This document shows, in pieces, positions 38,966 to 49,170 of a stretch of DNA of 58,531 bases; position 1 is the stretch's first letter; every line of letters starts with the position of its first letter. This DNA comes from a virus (lineage: Duplodnaviria; Caudoviricetes): positions 1 to 58,531 of the IMG/VR virus record IMGVR_UViG_3300007760_000015, one strand, 5' to 3'. The translations under genes were made by a program, and so were the position numbers. The notes beneath the pieces are model-generated. The model made no database searches. It saw nothing but the letters and a program-made list of their open reading frames with translations, and was not told where the DNA came from.

Positions 38966-39708
38966 TGATTTCATTAATAAATTACATAAAGCCTACTGAT
39001 GATATTAAAATGTTCATTAAAACTGTAAATGCTACGATGAAACTATCGAACATATCAGGATTTAATTTACTATTTAAGAATAAATTATCAGAAGAGTATG
39101 TTCAGATATTAAATGAGAATGGCATTTACTGGGATGATGAAATTGATGGTAATTGGGCTGATAAAATATTGTGGCTGATGAAAGAGACACCATCCGATTA
39201 TTATTTATTATGGGAAGAGGATTGTTATTTATTTAATCATACGTTGTTTAATGAAACATTTAGTAAAATGGTAGATACTAATGTTGATTATATGTTCATA
39301 CAAGACCAAAAATGGATAAAGAGAGCAGAGTTTTTGAATGATAATGGTTATGCTATTGAAGATGATAACTTTTTCTTTTTTAATTGGGGAACGTATTATG
39401 CTAAATATTGTAGAGAAAATTCTAATAATTATTTAATAAATGGTGCGTATCCAGTAGTAGTGGGTGGTGTTTATAAAAGAGAATTATTACATAATTTATT
39501 AATTACATTAACATCATCCGATTATTGGGAAAGGATAGTAAATGGGAAATATAACCACTTTCATCAGAATCCTCAATTACCACATAGTTTTGAGGTATGT
39601 GATCAATTTTGGTGGCCGCCAAAGGGGGATGGTGATGTTGAATATTCTGTGATAGTAAATAAAATACAGTTCGGAGAAGAGCTTGGTGGTAGATTGAATG
39701 AAAAATAA
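38965..39708 (+). CDS. probable GT-A glycosyltransferase-like protein
   Basis: YYLLWEED motif; cluster context. Confidence 0.45.
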   Translation: MISLINYIKPTDDIKMFIKTVNATMKLSNISGFNLLFKNKLSEEYVQILNENGIYWDDEIDGNWADKILWLMKETPSDYYLLWEEDCYLFNHTLFNETFSKMVDTNVDYMFIQDQKWIKRAEFLNDNGYAIEDDNFFFFNWGTYYAKYCRENSNNYLINGAYPVVVGGVYKRELLHNLLITLTSSDYWERIVNGKYNHFHQNPQLPHSFEVCDQFWWPPKGDGDVEYSVIVNKIQFGEELGGRLNEK

Positions 39709-40576
39709 ACATGAGGTCACAATTAATATTGTAGGGTATGATGATTGGTATTTAGAAAAGCCTTGGAGTAGATATGGTACTATTATGAGAGATTTTGATG
39801 TTGTATTCAATACAAAAGACATTGAAATCAGTTATTTTATTAAGGATGGTATTTTTAAAATAAATAATGGGTATAACTCTGAAATGAATGTGGCTTTATT
39901 GACCGAATGTAGATTGATGGATCCGGTGAGGTATAACTTTTTAGAAGAGAATCACCACCTTTTCGATTATGTGGTAACTTATGATGATAAATTGATAGAT
40001 ATGTGTGGTGAAAAGGCTGTGATCGTACCTTATGGTGGAACTTGGATATGGCCGATAGAAAAACAGTTAGTTTATGATAAGATTAAGTTATGTTCATTTA
40101 TAACATCAAAAAAAGCACAAACAGAGAATCAGAAAATGAGAGTGCGGTTACTTGAACACTTCTATAACAGCAATGTGGATATAGAATTATTTGGGAGAGA
40201 TCACAATCCATTACCTGAAAATCATAGTATTGATTATGATGGTAAACTTGCTGGACTGAAGGATTTTGCTTTTTCATTAATAATCGAAAATCACATACAG
40301 AGCAACTATTTTTCAGAGAAGTTAATGGATTGTTTTATGACAGGGACTATTCCTATATATTATGGTTGTGGTGAGTTAGAAAAATATTTCAATATGGATG
40401 GGGTAATACTCTTTGATAGTGAAGATGATGTTAAAACTATAATACAAAAATTAACTATGGGAAGATATAACAATATGATAGATGCGGTTAATGAGAACTA
40501 TGAGTTGGCTAAAAAATTTGTAGATTCGTTAAGCTACTCTTATCATTTAATTAGAGATAAGGTGAGAAAATTATGA
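39698..40576 (+). CDS. GT10 (alpha-1,3-fucosyltransferase-like) glycosyltransferase
   Basis: FSLIIEN....YFSEKL.DCF..GTIPIYYG. Confidence 0.8.
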   Translation: MKNKHEVTINIVGYDDWYLEKPWSRYGTIMRDFDVVFNTKDIEISYFIKDGIFKINNGYNSEMNVALLTECRLMDPVRYNFLEENHHLFDYVVTYDDKLIDMCGEKAVIVPYGGTWIWPIEKQLVYDKIKLCSFITSKKAQTENQKMRVRLLEHFYNSNVDIELFGRDHNPLPENHSIDYDGKLAGLKDFAFSLIIENHIQSNYFSEKLMDCFMTGTIPIYYGCGELEKYFNMDGVILFDSEDDVKTIIQKLTMGRYNNMIDAVNENYELAKKFVDSLSYSYHLIRDKVRKL

Positions 40577-41229
40577 TACTTAAAAAATATGGTACATATG
40601 AGGTTAAAGAGCTTGAAAAAGATGAATATGATGATTACGTTCTTTGGCAAAGTAGAGAAAGTGGGGCTGATAAATGTGCTAATTTAGTTTTAGATGATCT
40701 AAAAAAGTATAATAATCATACAAACTTTCAATTGAATTTTAATGATAAAATCGTAGATGTGGGATGTAGAGGGAATGCTTGGATTGTTCGTAAATTCCAT
40801 GAGATGGGATATAACCAGTCATATGGGATTGATATAGGATATGATGCAGAGGAACTGTGGTTGATGTTACCAGATGAAATCCAGCACAAATTAAAGCGAG
40901 TTGACGTGCAAAATGGATTACATTTTGATTTGAAATTTGATTTTATCACTTGTTCTCATGTACTGGAACATTGTCCAAATCCTGTAAAAGTGATGGAAGT
41001 GTTTAATGAAGCATTAACTGACGATGGAGTTATACACATACAAATCCCATTATCTACTTATGATGAATATATCAATCATTATCCACATTTTGCATATTGG
41101 GAAAATAAAGAAGCATTTTTTAATTTTATTTCTGAATCTGGGTTTACTGTGGAATATTGGCAATATGGTACAGCCGATAATCGAGAACCATTTGATGATT
41201 TAATGGTTTTTATTAAAAAGATTAATTAG
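40573..41229 (+). CDS. class I SAM-dependent methyltransferase
   Basis: IVDVGC, GIDI, FDFITCSHVLEH. Confidence 0.85.
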   Translation: MILKKYGTYEVKELEKDEYDDYVLWQSRESGADKCANLVLDDLKKYNNHTNFQLNFNDKIVDVGCRGNAWIVRKFHEMGYNQSYGIDIGYDAEELWLMLPDEIQHKLKRVDVQNGLHFDLKFDFITCSHVLEHCPNPVKVMEVFNEALTDDGVIHIQIPLSTYDEYINHYPHFAYWENKEAFFNFISESGFTVEYWQYGTADNREPFDDLMVFIKKIN

Positions 41230-41661
41230 ATGAAATTGATATATTCAAAAGTAGAATCGGATAAATTATTACATATAATACATAAAGTTGATGAATTTTA
41301 TACAATTAATGAAGGTCATCGTCGAGATATAGTCGGTGAAAAGGAATTTATCCAATTATCAGCTCTTAATATGGATGATGGACATACATTTAGACCACAT
41401 CAACATATTTGGAAACCTGGTGAAGAATATTGTATAGCTCAAGAATCTTGGGTAGTGATAAAGGGTAGTGTAGAATGTAATTTGATGGACACAGATGGAG
41501 TTACATTATATAAGCCCATACTAAAACAGGGTGATTGTTCTGTGACTTTAGGTGGTGGTCATAATTATTTAATTTTAGAGGATGACACATTAGTTTATGA
41601 ATATAAAACTGGTCCCTATAAAGGACAAAAAATGGATAAGGAGTTTTTAGATGAAATTTAA
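41230..41661 (+). CDS. cupin-fold (WbuC-like) sugar-pathway protein
   Basis: RPHQH, QESWVVIKG, GGHNY, EYKTGPY. Confidence 0.7.
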   Translation: MKLIYSKVESDKLLHIIHKVDEFYTINEGHRRDIVGEKEFIQLSALNMDDGHTFRPHQHIWKPGEEYCIAQESWVVIKGSVECNLMDTDGVTLYKPILKQGDCSVTLGGGHNYLILEDDTLVYEYKTGPYKGQKMDKEFLDEI

Positions 41662-42187
41662 TATAGGTTGTGGTTGGAGAAATTTTGGGAGTGAATGGGT
41701 TCATATTGATGGTGGAGATTATAATCATGTTGATTCAAAGGATATATTTTTATATGATTATGATTCTAATTCCGCTGATTTAATTTACGCTTCACATCTG
41801 ATTGAATATTTTGATAGAGAAGAGATAATTACTCTGTTAAATAGATGGATGGATATATTAAAACCAGATGGAATAATGAGAATAGCGGTACCTGACTTTG
41901 AATCCATGACTAATTTATATATGAATGGTGATATTTTACTTGAGGATATATTAGGTCCTTTATATGGTAAAATGTTAATGGATGATAAAGTTATATATCA
42001 TAAAACTACATATGATTTTCATAGCTTAAAGATGTTATTGGAAAAATTGGGAATGAAAAATATAAAAAGGTATGACTGGAGAGATGTGGATCATTCTATC
42101 TTTGATGATCACTCACAAGCATATATTCCTCATATGGATAAAGATAATGGTACATTGATAAGTTTAAATGTAGAGTGTATGAAATGA
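41651..42187 (+). CDS. SAM-dependent methyltransferase (type 11-like)
   Basis: NIGCG, IYASHLIEY, LKPDG.MRIAVPD. Confidence 0.8.
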   Translation: MKFNIGCGWRNFGSEWVHIDGGDYNHVDSKDIFLYDYDSNSADLIYASHLIEYFDREEIITLLNRWMDILKPDGIMRIAVPDFESMTNLYMNGDILLEDILGPLYGKMLMDDKVIYHKTTYDFHSLKMLLEKLGMKNIKRYDWRDVDHSIFDDHSQAYIPHMDKDNGTLISLNVECMK

Positions 42188-42774
42188 GTTTCCAAGTTAT
42201 TGCAGACTTTGAAAATAAAATAGCTGAGTTTTATGGATCACCATACGCTGTAGCTATTGATTGTTGTACTCACGGAATAGAATTATGTTTACGATATAAT
42301 GAGATAGAATACTTTACTGTACCTAAACGTACCTATTTATCAGTTCCATTTTTAGGTGATAAGATTGGCATTGAATGGGATTGGAAAAATGAAGATTGGG
42401 ATGATTATTATTATTTGGGTGAAACAAATATAATTGATGCTGCTGTATTGTGGAAAGAAAATAGTTATATACCAAATACTTTTATGTGTTTGAGTTTCCA
42501 ATTTCAAAAACATTTAAGTTTAGGCAGGGGTGGAATGATATTAACAGATAACAAAGAAGCAAGAGATGAACTTAAACGAATGTCTTATGATGGTAGAGAG
42601 CCGAATATTCCTTGGCGAGAACAAAATATTAAGTCATTTGGATACCATTATTATATGACGCCGGAAACAGCGCAGAATGGGTTAAATAAATTACATACAG
42701 CGATTAAAACTAAACCAAAAAAATGGTCAATTAAAGATTGGCCCGATTTAACAAAGATGGAGGTATTTAAATGA
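42184..42774 (+). CDS. shortened DegT/DnrJ/StrS-type PLP sugar aminotransferase
   Basis: AVAIDCCT, IIDAA, SFQFQKHL..GRGGMILTD, GYHYYM. Confidence 0.75.
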   Translation: MSFQVIADFENKIAEFYGSPYAVAIDCCTHGIELCLRYNEIEYFTVPKRTYLSVPFLGDKIGIEWDWKNEDWDDYYYLGETNIIDAAVLWKENSYIPNTFMCLSFQFQKHLSLGRGGMILTDNKEARDELKRMSYDGREPNIPWREQNIKSFGYHYYMTPETAQNGLNKLHTAIKTKPKKWSIKDWPDLTKMEVFK

Positions 42775-43751
42775 AGAGAAAAGCATTTATAACAGGAATT
42801 AACGGTCAGGATGGAAGTTATCTTGCTGAGTTATTACTTGAAAAAGATTATGACGTTTATGGAATAGTCAGAAGAAATTCTATCGCAGAACATCAAGAAA
42901 GTAGAATTGATCATTTAACTGGCAATGGAGTTAATACTGAATATGGAGATTTACTTGATGTAAGTTCATTGGAAAGACTTTTAGGAACTGTAAAGCCGGA
43001 TGAAATTTATAATATTGGCGCACAATCTCATGTTAGAATTAGTTTTGATGTACCTCAATTTACAGTACAAACGAATGCTTTAGGTGTATTGAATATGTTA
43101 GAGGCGTATAAATATCATTGTCCAAATGCCAGGTTTTACCAAGCATCATCATCAGAAATGTTTGGTCGTTCAGTAGAAGAAGATGGTTTTCAGAGAGAAA
43201 CTACAAAAATGGAGCCTACTAGCCCATATGGGTGTGCTAAGGTGTTTGGGTATAATATAGTTAGACATTATAGATTTGCACATAATCTATTTGCCGTAAA
43301 TGGTATTTTATTCAATCACGAATCTCCCAGAAGAGGATCGAATTTTGTAACTAATAAAGTTGTAAAAGCGGCAGTTAAGATTAAATTGGGATTACAAGAC
43401 AAATTGGAGCTTGGAAATATGGATGCATACCGAGATTGGGGACATTCAAAAGATTATGTAAAGGCTATGAATATGATAGTAAACCATTCGGAGCCAGATG
43501 ATTTTGTAGTAGCTACAGGAGTTACTCACTCTGTTCGTGAAATGTGTGAGTATGTATTTAATTACTTAGGATTGGATTATAAAGAATATGTAATGCAAAA
43601 TCCTAAATTTTTAAGAGCAGAAGAGTTAAAATATCTCAAAGGTGATTCTACTAAAATTAGAAAAACTTTAGGGTGGAATCCTGAATATACTTTTGAAAAA
43701 ATGATGAGTGAGATGGTAGATCATTGGTTAGAAATTTATAGGAATAACTAA
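42771..43751 (+). CDS. gmd: GDP-mannose 4,6-dehydratase
   Basis: ITGINGQDGSYLAE, AQSHV, YQASSSEMFG, SPYGCAK, FNHESPRRG, RDWGH. Confidence 0.96.
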   Translation: MKRKAFITGINGQDGSYLAELLLEKDYDVYGIVRRNSIAEHQESRIDHLTGNGVNTEYGDLLDVSSLERLLGTVKPDEIYNIGAQSHVRISFDVPQFTVQTNALGVLNMLEAYKYHCPNARFYQASSSEMFGRSVEEDGFQRETTKMEPTSPYGCAKVFGYNIVRHYRFAHNLFAVNGILFNHESPRRGSNFVTNKVVKAAVKIKLGLQDKLELGNMDAYRDWGHSKDYVKAMNMIVNHSEPDDFVVATGVTHSVREMCEYVFNYLGLDYKEYVMQNPKFLRAEELKYLKGDSTKIRKTLGWNPEYTFEKMMSEMVDHWLEIYRNN

Positions 43752-44390
43752 ATGAAAAAAGAATACTTTAGAGGAACTAATATAAAAAATAGATGGGAAC
43801 AAAAACACATCAATGAGTATAATATTGATAAGCCATATGATTTTTCACCGTATATTAATGGGGATATGTCAGGTTATGGTCCAGTCGCAGCAAAGATTAT
43901 TGAAGAAAATGAGGATGCTTTTAGTAGAAAATCCCTTCATGAACTTGGATGCGCTGGTGGAAATTTTGTAGCTTATTTGAAGCGGAATGTTATATCGGAT
44001 TGGGAAATAAGTGCTGAAGATTTTTCATCAACTGCGATTGAAGCCGCAAAGAAACGTCAGCCAGATATTAATTTTTATGAGAATGATTTTTTATTGAATA
44101 GAATTGATAAAGATTATGGTTGCATTTGTATGTTTGAAACGATAGAACATATTGAAGAGGGTACTAACTATGAAATACTTGATAATATATTAGAACATTG
44201 TGAGTATGCAATAATATCAACAGTAGATACAGAAGATGATTGCTTTGGAGAACATATTTCACATTATAAAATTAATACTTTTGAAGAAAGAGGATATAAT
44301 GTAGAATGGAAAAGTTTCTTGGGTGAAATAAATATGCCTGATGGTATATATCATTATATGATATTTTTATTGAGAGGAGAATTAAAATGA
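43752..44390 (+). CDS. class I SAM-dependent methyltransferase
   Basis: ELGCAGG, EDFS..AI, FETIEH. Confidence 0.8.
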   Translation: MKKEYFRGTNIKNRWEQKHINEYNIDKPYDFSPYINGDMSGYGPVAAKIIEENEDAFSRKSLHELGCAGGNFVAYLKRNVISDWEISAEDFSSTAIEAAKKRQPDINFYENDFLLNRIDKDYGCICMFETIEHIEEGTNYEILDNILEHCEYAIISTVDTEDDCFGEHISHYKINTFEERGYNVEWKSFLGEINMPDGIYHYMIFLLRGELK

Positions 44391-45307
44391 AAACAGCCTT
44401 CTTTTCTGAAACAGGTACTAATCAAAAGTATCCAAGAAATTTCCCAAATGCAAGGACTGAAGTTGGTTGGGCAGTCGCTCTTGACGCTCCAATGTGTAAC
44501 CTTAATTTCAGACCAAATGAAACATTTGATTTGGGGATTGTTATTATACCAAAAAATAATCCTAACATTGATTTAGATTTTATTAGAAGGTCATGTGATA
44601 AAGTTGCTATAATGCAGGAAGGACCACATTGGTTTTTTCAGGATTATGATGTTACCAATCAATTTCATTATTATAATACTTTAATGGAAGCCGATTGGGT
44701 GTATTGTCATAATGAAAGTGATGTGAAATACTATAAAGGACTCGGTTGTAAAGATGTTAGAGTAATGAGAAGTTTAATGATTCCAGAAGGATTAGAACCT
44801 CGTATTGAACGGAATAGGGATAATGTTATTATTGGTGGTAATTTCGTATCGTGGTATGGTGGGTTCGATAGTTATATAGTTGCAAGGGAATTAGATAGAG
44901 ATATATGGGCACCATCAATGGGTAGAAAACAACAACAAGAAGATGCTATTGAAGATATAAATTATCTACCATATATGAGTTGGAGAGAATGGATAGATGA
45001 ATTAAAGAATTTTGATATTGGTATTCATTTAATGAGAACACATGCTGCTGGAACATTTGCTATGAATCTGGCATATCATAAGATTCCGTGTGTAGGTTAT
45101 AGAGGATTAGATACTCAAGAGAAAATACATTTAAATACAACGGTAGAAGTTGGTGATTTAGAACACGCAAAAGAAATAACCTTACGATTGCAAAATGATG
45201 AGAGTTTTTATAATGAATGTAGTGAAATTGTAGGTGAGAGATTTAAACAACTTTATACTGAAGAAAAATGGTTGCAAAATTGGAGGCGGACAAATGAAAT
45301 TAATTAG
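44387..45307 (+). CDS. probable GT-B glycosyltransferase
   Basis: HAAGTFAMNLAYHKIPCVG C-terminal GT-B motif; cluster context. Confidence 0.55.
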   Translation: MKTAFFSETGTNQKYPRNFPNARTEVGWAVALDAPMCNLNFRPNETFDLGIVIIPKNNPNIDLDFIRRSCDKVAIMQEGPHWFFQDYDVTNQFHYYNTLMEADWVYCHNESDVKYYKGLGCKDVRVMRSLMIPEGLEPRIERNRDNVIIGGNFVSWYGGFDSYIVARELDRDIWAPSMGRKQQQEDAIEDINYLPYMSWREWIDELKNFDIGIHLMRTHAAGTFAMNLAYHKIPCVGYRGLDTQEKIHLNTTVEVGDLEHAKEITLRLQNDESFYNECSEIVGERFKQLYTEEKWLQNWRRTNEIN

Positions 45308-46508
45308 CTTCATTATTCCATCACGGAATAACTTAAAATATCTAAAACAAGCATATAATAGTATTAGAAAGAATACTTTATATCCACATGAAATTTGTAT
45401 TGCCGATGATGCAAGTACAGATGGAACAAAAGAGTGGGTACAATCAGTAATAGATTCAGGTGAAGATGCTAACTTAAAGTTATATGTAAATGAAGGACCT
45501 GAACGATTGGGTCATACCATTTTATATGATACACTAATCAATGAAGTTTCTACACACGAAAGAGTTATGATTTTCCATGCAGACATGTACTTTTGCCCAA
45601 AGGCAGATGAAGAAATAGATAAATATTTGAAACCAGGAGTAGTTGTATCACTTACGAGGATTGAACCTCCACTTCACCCTGACGGCCCTGAGAAGGTACT
45701 TGAAGATTTTGGTATTGAGCCGGAGGAATTCAAAGAAGAAGCTTTATTGGCTTTTGCTGATTTTTATGGTTCAACAAAAACAACAGAAGGTATATTCGCA
45801 CCTTGGGCTATTATGAAAGATGACTTCCAATCAATAGGAGGGCATGACCCACTTTACGCTCCACAATCAAAAGAGGATTCAGATATATTCAATAGATTTC
45901 AGTTGAATGGATATAAATTTATACAAACTTGGAAAGGATTTGTATATCATATGACTTGCCGTGGGAGTAGATTCAAAGATGGAGCTTTAAGAAATCCCGC
46001 GGGGCAAGTATTTATGAAGGGTCGTGAAAGCAGTGAATGGTTGGCACAAAATCTACGGAGTACTCGTAACTTTATTCGTAAGTGGGGACATATGGTACAA
46101 CACGATGAATTATTGAAACCAATTATACCACCAAAGTACGACATTGGATTCAAAGTATATAATTGTGATATAAACTTACTTAAAGAGTTAGAACCTTGGT
46201 GTAGTACGATATATCTTGACTACGCTTCAGATTTTATGCATGATTACATAATAGAAGAACAGCCGAATACTCAATTTGATTTGAATGAGAGAGTTAAAAT
46301 GTATGGAAATGCTGATTTAACTAAATACCATGACATAATAGTTGAGTTTGATGCACAGAAGCTCACACCTCAAAACTTTCAAATAATAATCAATCTATCA
46401 GAGATACTACAAGAAAGTGGTGAGTTAGGTGAGATGGAACTGGAATTTTTTAAACTCCACATCCAGTCGTTAGACACCTATGAAAAAGATTTGATTTTGG
46501 TGGATTAG
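45294..46508 (+). CDS. GT2 glycosyltransferase
   Basis: ISFIIPSRN, ADDASTDGT, HADM, GGHD..EDSD. Confidence 0.88.
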   Translation: MKLISFIIPSRNNLKYLKQAYNSIRKNTLYPHEICIADDASTDGTKEWVQSVIDSGEDANLKLYVNEGPERLGHTILYDTLINEVSTHERVMIFHADMYFCPKADEEIDKYLKPGVVVSLTRIEPPLHPDGPEKVLEDFGIEPEEFKEEALLAFADFYGSTKTTEGIFAPWAIMKDDFQSIGGHDPLYAPQSKEDSDIFNRFQLNGYKFIQTWKGFVYHMTCRGSRFKDGALRNPAGQVFMKGRESSEWLAQNLRSTRNFIRKWGHMVQHDELLKPIIPPKYDIGFKVYNCDINLLKELEPWCSTIYLDYASDFMHDYIIEEQPNTQFDLNERVKMYGNADLTKYHDIIVEFDAQKLTPQNFQIIINLSEILQESGELGEMELEFFKLHIQSLDTYEKDLILVD

Positions 46509-46527
46509 TGTTATATATATTATTAAG

Positions 46528-46764
46528 ATGATTTATTATATATTGTTAGAGAATGAGAAGCCTGAAGACCTTTGGGATGAGAATATATTGGGAGAAGAAT
46601 CATTTGGAGTGTTTTATCCAGGCAATGGGTTAGTTGCCTTTAATAATATAGTTTTTCATCATCCAGACTTAATGGAAACAATAGCTATCATAGACGAACA
46701 ATCAAAACCATATTCAGTAGAAGAATTTATGCAGTTATTAGAAGGTTGGAAAATAAAGTCTTGA
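46528..46764 (+). CDS. hypothetical protein
   Basis: 78-aa ORF, NILGEESFG. Confidence 0.55.
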   Translation: MIYYILLENEKPEDLWDENILGEESFGVFYPGNGLVAFNNIVFHHPDLMETIAIIDEQSKPYSVEEFMQLLEGWKIKS

Positions 46765-46789
46765 CATTGATAAAAGAATGTTGTATATT
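46761..46789 (+). promoter_or_regulatory. sigma70-type promoter
   Basis: TTGACA-N17-TATATT followed by AGGAG. Confidence 0.7.
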
Positions 46790-46803
46790 TAGGAGAAGTT
46801 AAA

Positions 46804-46974
46804 ATGAAGGATTACAGGTATTACGATGAGCTTGAGGAAGATGCTTTTCGTGAATCTATTGGTGTAAAGAAGAACCCTAAAAAGAAAAAGAAAAAATGGA
46901 AAGAATTAAAGGTAAGAAATGAAAAGGATAATCATAGAGATAAAAAGAATAGCAAATCTTCTAATAGCGATTAG
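46804..46974 (+). CDS. small highly charged protein
   Basis: AGGAG RBS; MKDYRYYDELEEDAFRESIGVKKNPKKKKKKWK. Confidence 0.55.
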   Translation: MKDYRYYDELEEDAFRESIGVKKNPKKKKKKWKELKVRNEKDNHRDKKNSKSSNSD

Positions 46975-47461
46975 TTTATTTGTTGTTGGTTGCGAATCAA
47001 CAACAGAGCCAATATCGCCAGTTATATTTGAACTACAATTAGAATCAGAATTTGATATTAACGGTTATTATCATATAACTATTGATACTACAAAATGGCA
47101 GACTACACACAGAATAACTGGGTATGTACATAGAGATAATGAACCAGTTGATGTAGTAAAGTTTGCATGGGGGAGTTCTCACTATTGGTATATTGGTGAT
47201 ACGCTTGGGTATATAGTAAAGGAAGGTTTAACGGAAAATTTAGAGTATGTGGCATATGATACAAGTTATGTTACATGGTTTAATGGATTTGAGGTTCCTG
47301 TTGTTAATTCGGCGAGTTATAGTAATTCAGATGGAGAAGTAAATACAATGATGGGAATACCAAAAATAATGAGAGGTGATACTATAACAGTATATTATGG
47401 TTATCACGATAATTGGTTATATGAAGAGGTATATGGAGAATTTTACATTGTATTAGATTAG
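46919..47461 (+). CDS. putative lipoprotein
   Basis: Basic N-terminus, hydrophobic stretch, lipobox FVVG-C. Confidence 0.65.
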   Translation: MKRIIIEIKRIANLLIAISLFVVGCESTTEPISPVIFELQLESEFDINGYYHITIDTTKWQTTHRITGYVHRDNEPVDVVKFAWGSSHYWYIGDTLGYIVKEGLTENLEYVAYDTSYVTWFNGFEVPVVNSASYSNSDGEVNTMMGIPKIMRGDTITVYYGYHDNWLYEEVYGEFYIVLD

Positions 47462-47473
47462 GAGTAAGTTATT

Positions 47474-47719
47474 ATGATATTTGTGTTGGTAGATAGGACA
47501 GACAGCATAGCTGATAGAGTAGAGTTAGGTCCCCACGTTGGATTATCAGAAGCAAAGAGGTATTTTATGAAACGTAAAATGCTGGAAGAAAAAAGATTTG
47601 ATGAACTTTGGAGAGTTATGTATGAGACAACTTGGCAAAGAAATTTTGATGTGGGTCATAGAAAGTCATCATCATTTCAATGGTGGGAAGATGATGATTA
47701 TTTGGATATAGATAAATGA
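47474..47719 (+). CDS. hypothetical protein
   Basis: AGGAG RBS, 81 aa. Confidence 0.55.
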   Translation: MIFVLVDRTDSIADRVELGPHVGLSEAKRYFMKRKMLEEKRFDELWRVMYETTWQRNFDVGHRKSSSFQWWEDDDYLDIDK

Positions 47720-47889
47720 GTAAAGAATTAACAAAAGAGCAAATGCAAGAGTTAGAGATAATCGCAACTGAAATAGAAATTGAGGCTCGTAAGTTACGAT
47801 TGGAATATGAGAAGAATCCATCGGAAGAGAGTGGATCTGTAGTTGTAATCCATCAATACAGTGAGTTTATAGAGGATGAAGAAGAATAA
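47716..47889 (+). CDS. small acidic hypothetical protein
   Basis: MSKELTKEQMQELEIIATEIE..., coupled on both sides. Confidence 0.5.
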   Translation: MSKELTKEQMQELEIIATEIEIEARKLRLEYEKNPSEESGSVVVIHQYSEFIEDEEE

Positions 47890-48637
47890 ATATGTAGATA
47901 CATCTAACTTAATTGTTCGTGAAATAGATAGAAGGGTTGCAAGAGATATGGTGGTTAAATACCACTACTCAAAACAATGGACTAAATGTAGTGTTGCTCT
48001 CGGGTTATTTTATATGACAGGGAATGAACATAAGTTTTTTGATGAACCAGAAGAGAAGTTAATCGGTACGATATGTTATGGTGATCCAATAGGTAGGCTT
48101 ACTGGTGCTTCTATATCGGATATTATACCGAGGGAATCTGTTTTTGAGTTGGTAAGGTTATTTGTTCATGATGGTTATGGTAAAAATATTGAATCTTGGT
48201 TTATTTCAAAGAGTTTTGATTGGTTAAAGAAGAATAGAAAAGATATTAAAGCTTTGATATCATATTCAGATCCACAACAAGGTCATGTCGGAACTATATA
48301 TCAGGCAACAAATTGGTTGTATCAGGGTAACAAAATAAGACCATCGGATAGTTGGTTATTTAAATGGGAAGAGGATGGTAAGTGGCAACATCCACGAACT
48401 ATATTCCCTTATTATGGTACAACCGATATAGAGAAGATTAGTACCTTAGTTGAGAAAGATTTTTGGATAAAAAAGGAATTGAGAAAACATAGGTATGTTT
48501 ATTTGTTAGGTAGTAAAAAACAAAAGAGGAAAATACTAAAAAACTTAAAACATCCTATCTTACCTTATCCGAAGACTGCTGCCATAGAGGAAGCGGAAAT
48601 AAAAAAAATAAAAGTTATAGGAGTCAAACATGGCTAA
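47876..48637 (+). CDS. Mom-like GNAT-fold DNA modification protein (paralog of 26876-27640)
   Basis: YVDTS, YHYS, ELVRLFVHDGYGKNIES, LISYSDPQQGHVGTIYQATNWLYQG. Confidence 0.75.
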   Translation: MKKNKYVDTSNLIVREIDRRVARDMVVKYHYSKQWTKCSVALGLFYMTGNEHKFFDEPEEKLIGTICYGDPIGRLTGASISDIIPRESVFELVRLFVHDGYGKNIESWFISKSFDWLKKNRKDIKALISYSDPQQGHVGTIYQATNWLYQGNKIRPSDSWLFKWEEDGKWQHPRTIFPYYGTTDIEKISTLVEKDFWIKKELRKHRYVYLLGSKKQKRKILKNLKHPILPYPKTAAIEEAEIKKIKVIGVKHG

Positions 48638-49166
48638 TTATGTATATACCCGTGTGAGAATAGAATCTAATGAAGATAAATTACACACATGGTTACAAGA
48701 ATCATTCAGAGAAAAAAATACTGGACTTACCAATGATGGAGTTAGAAATACTATTGAAAATGTATTTGGTGAGTATGAAGAATATCCTTGGGATGAAGTA
48801 GGGTCAAAATGGATATATGTTGAAGATGCTCCATGGATTCGAGATAATGACATAGAAATGACATTTGTTTCAGCTTGGTCATTTCCAAGCGGATACGTTG
48901 AAAAATTTATTTCTAAATTGATTGAATATGATGAAAATGTAAAAGTGTGGGTAGAAGCTGATGAAGAATCACTTGATTTCTTGGTAGGTGGATATGGTAA
49001 TAAGAACGGATTTATATTTCATGATACCGATGTATTACCGGATTATCCAGAAGATTTAGAAGATGAAGGATATGAGGATTTACAGAGTGAATTTTGGGAA
49101 CGATGCGGTGAAGAGATTGTACTAATGCAAGGACAATCAGAACGAGAATTAAATACAGGAGAATAA
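48630..49166 (+). CDS. acidic ferredoxin-like fold protein (DUF1281/YubB-like)
   Basis: MANYV, VGSKW, FVSAWSFP. Confidence 0.5.
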   Translation: MANYVYTRVRIESNEDKLHTWLQESFREKNTGLTNDGVRNTIENVFGEYEEYPWDEVGSKWIYVEDAPWIRDNDIEMTFVSAWSFPSGYVEKFISKLIEYDENVKVWVEADEESLDFLVGGYGNKNGFIFHDTDVLPDYPEDLEDEGYEDLQSEFWERCGEEIVLMQGQSERELNTGE

Positions 49167-49170
49167 GAAT

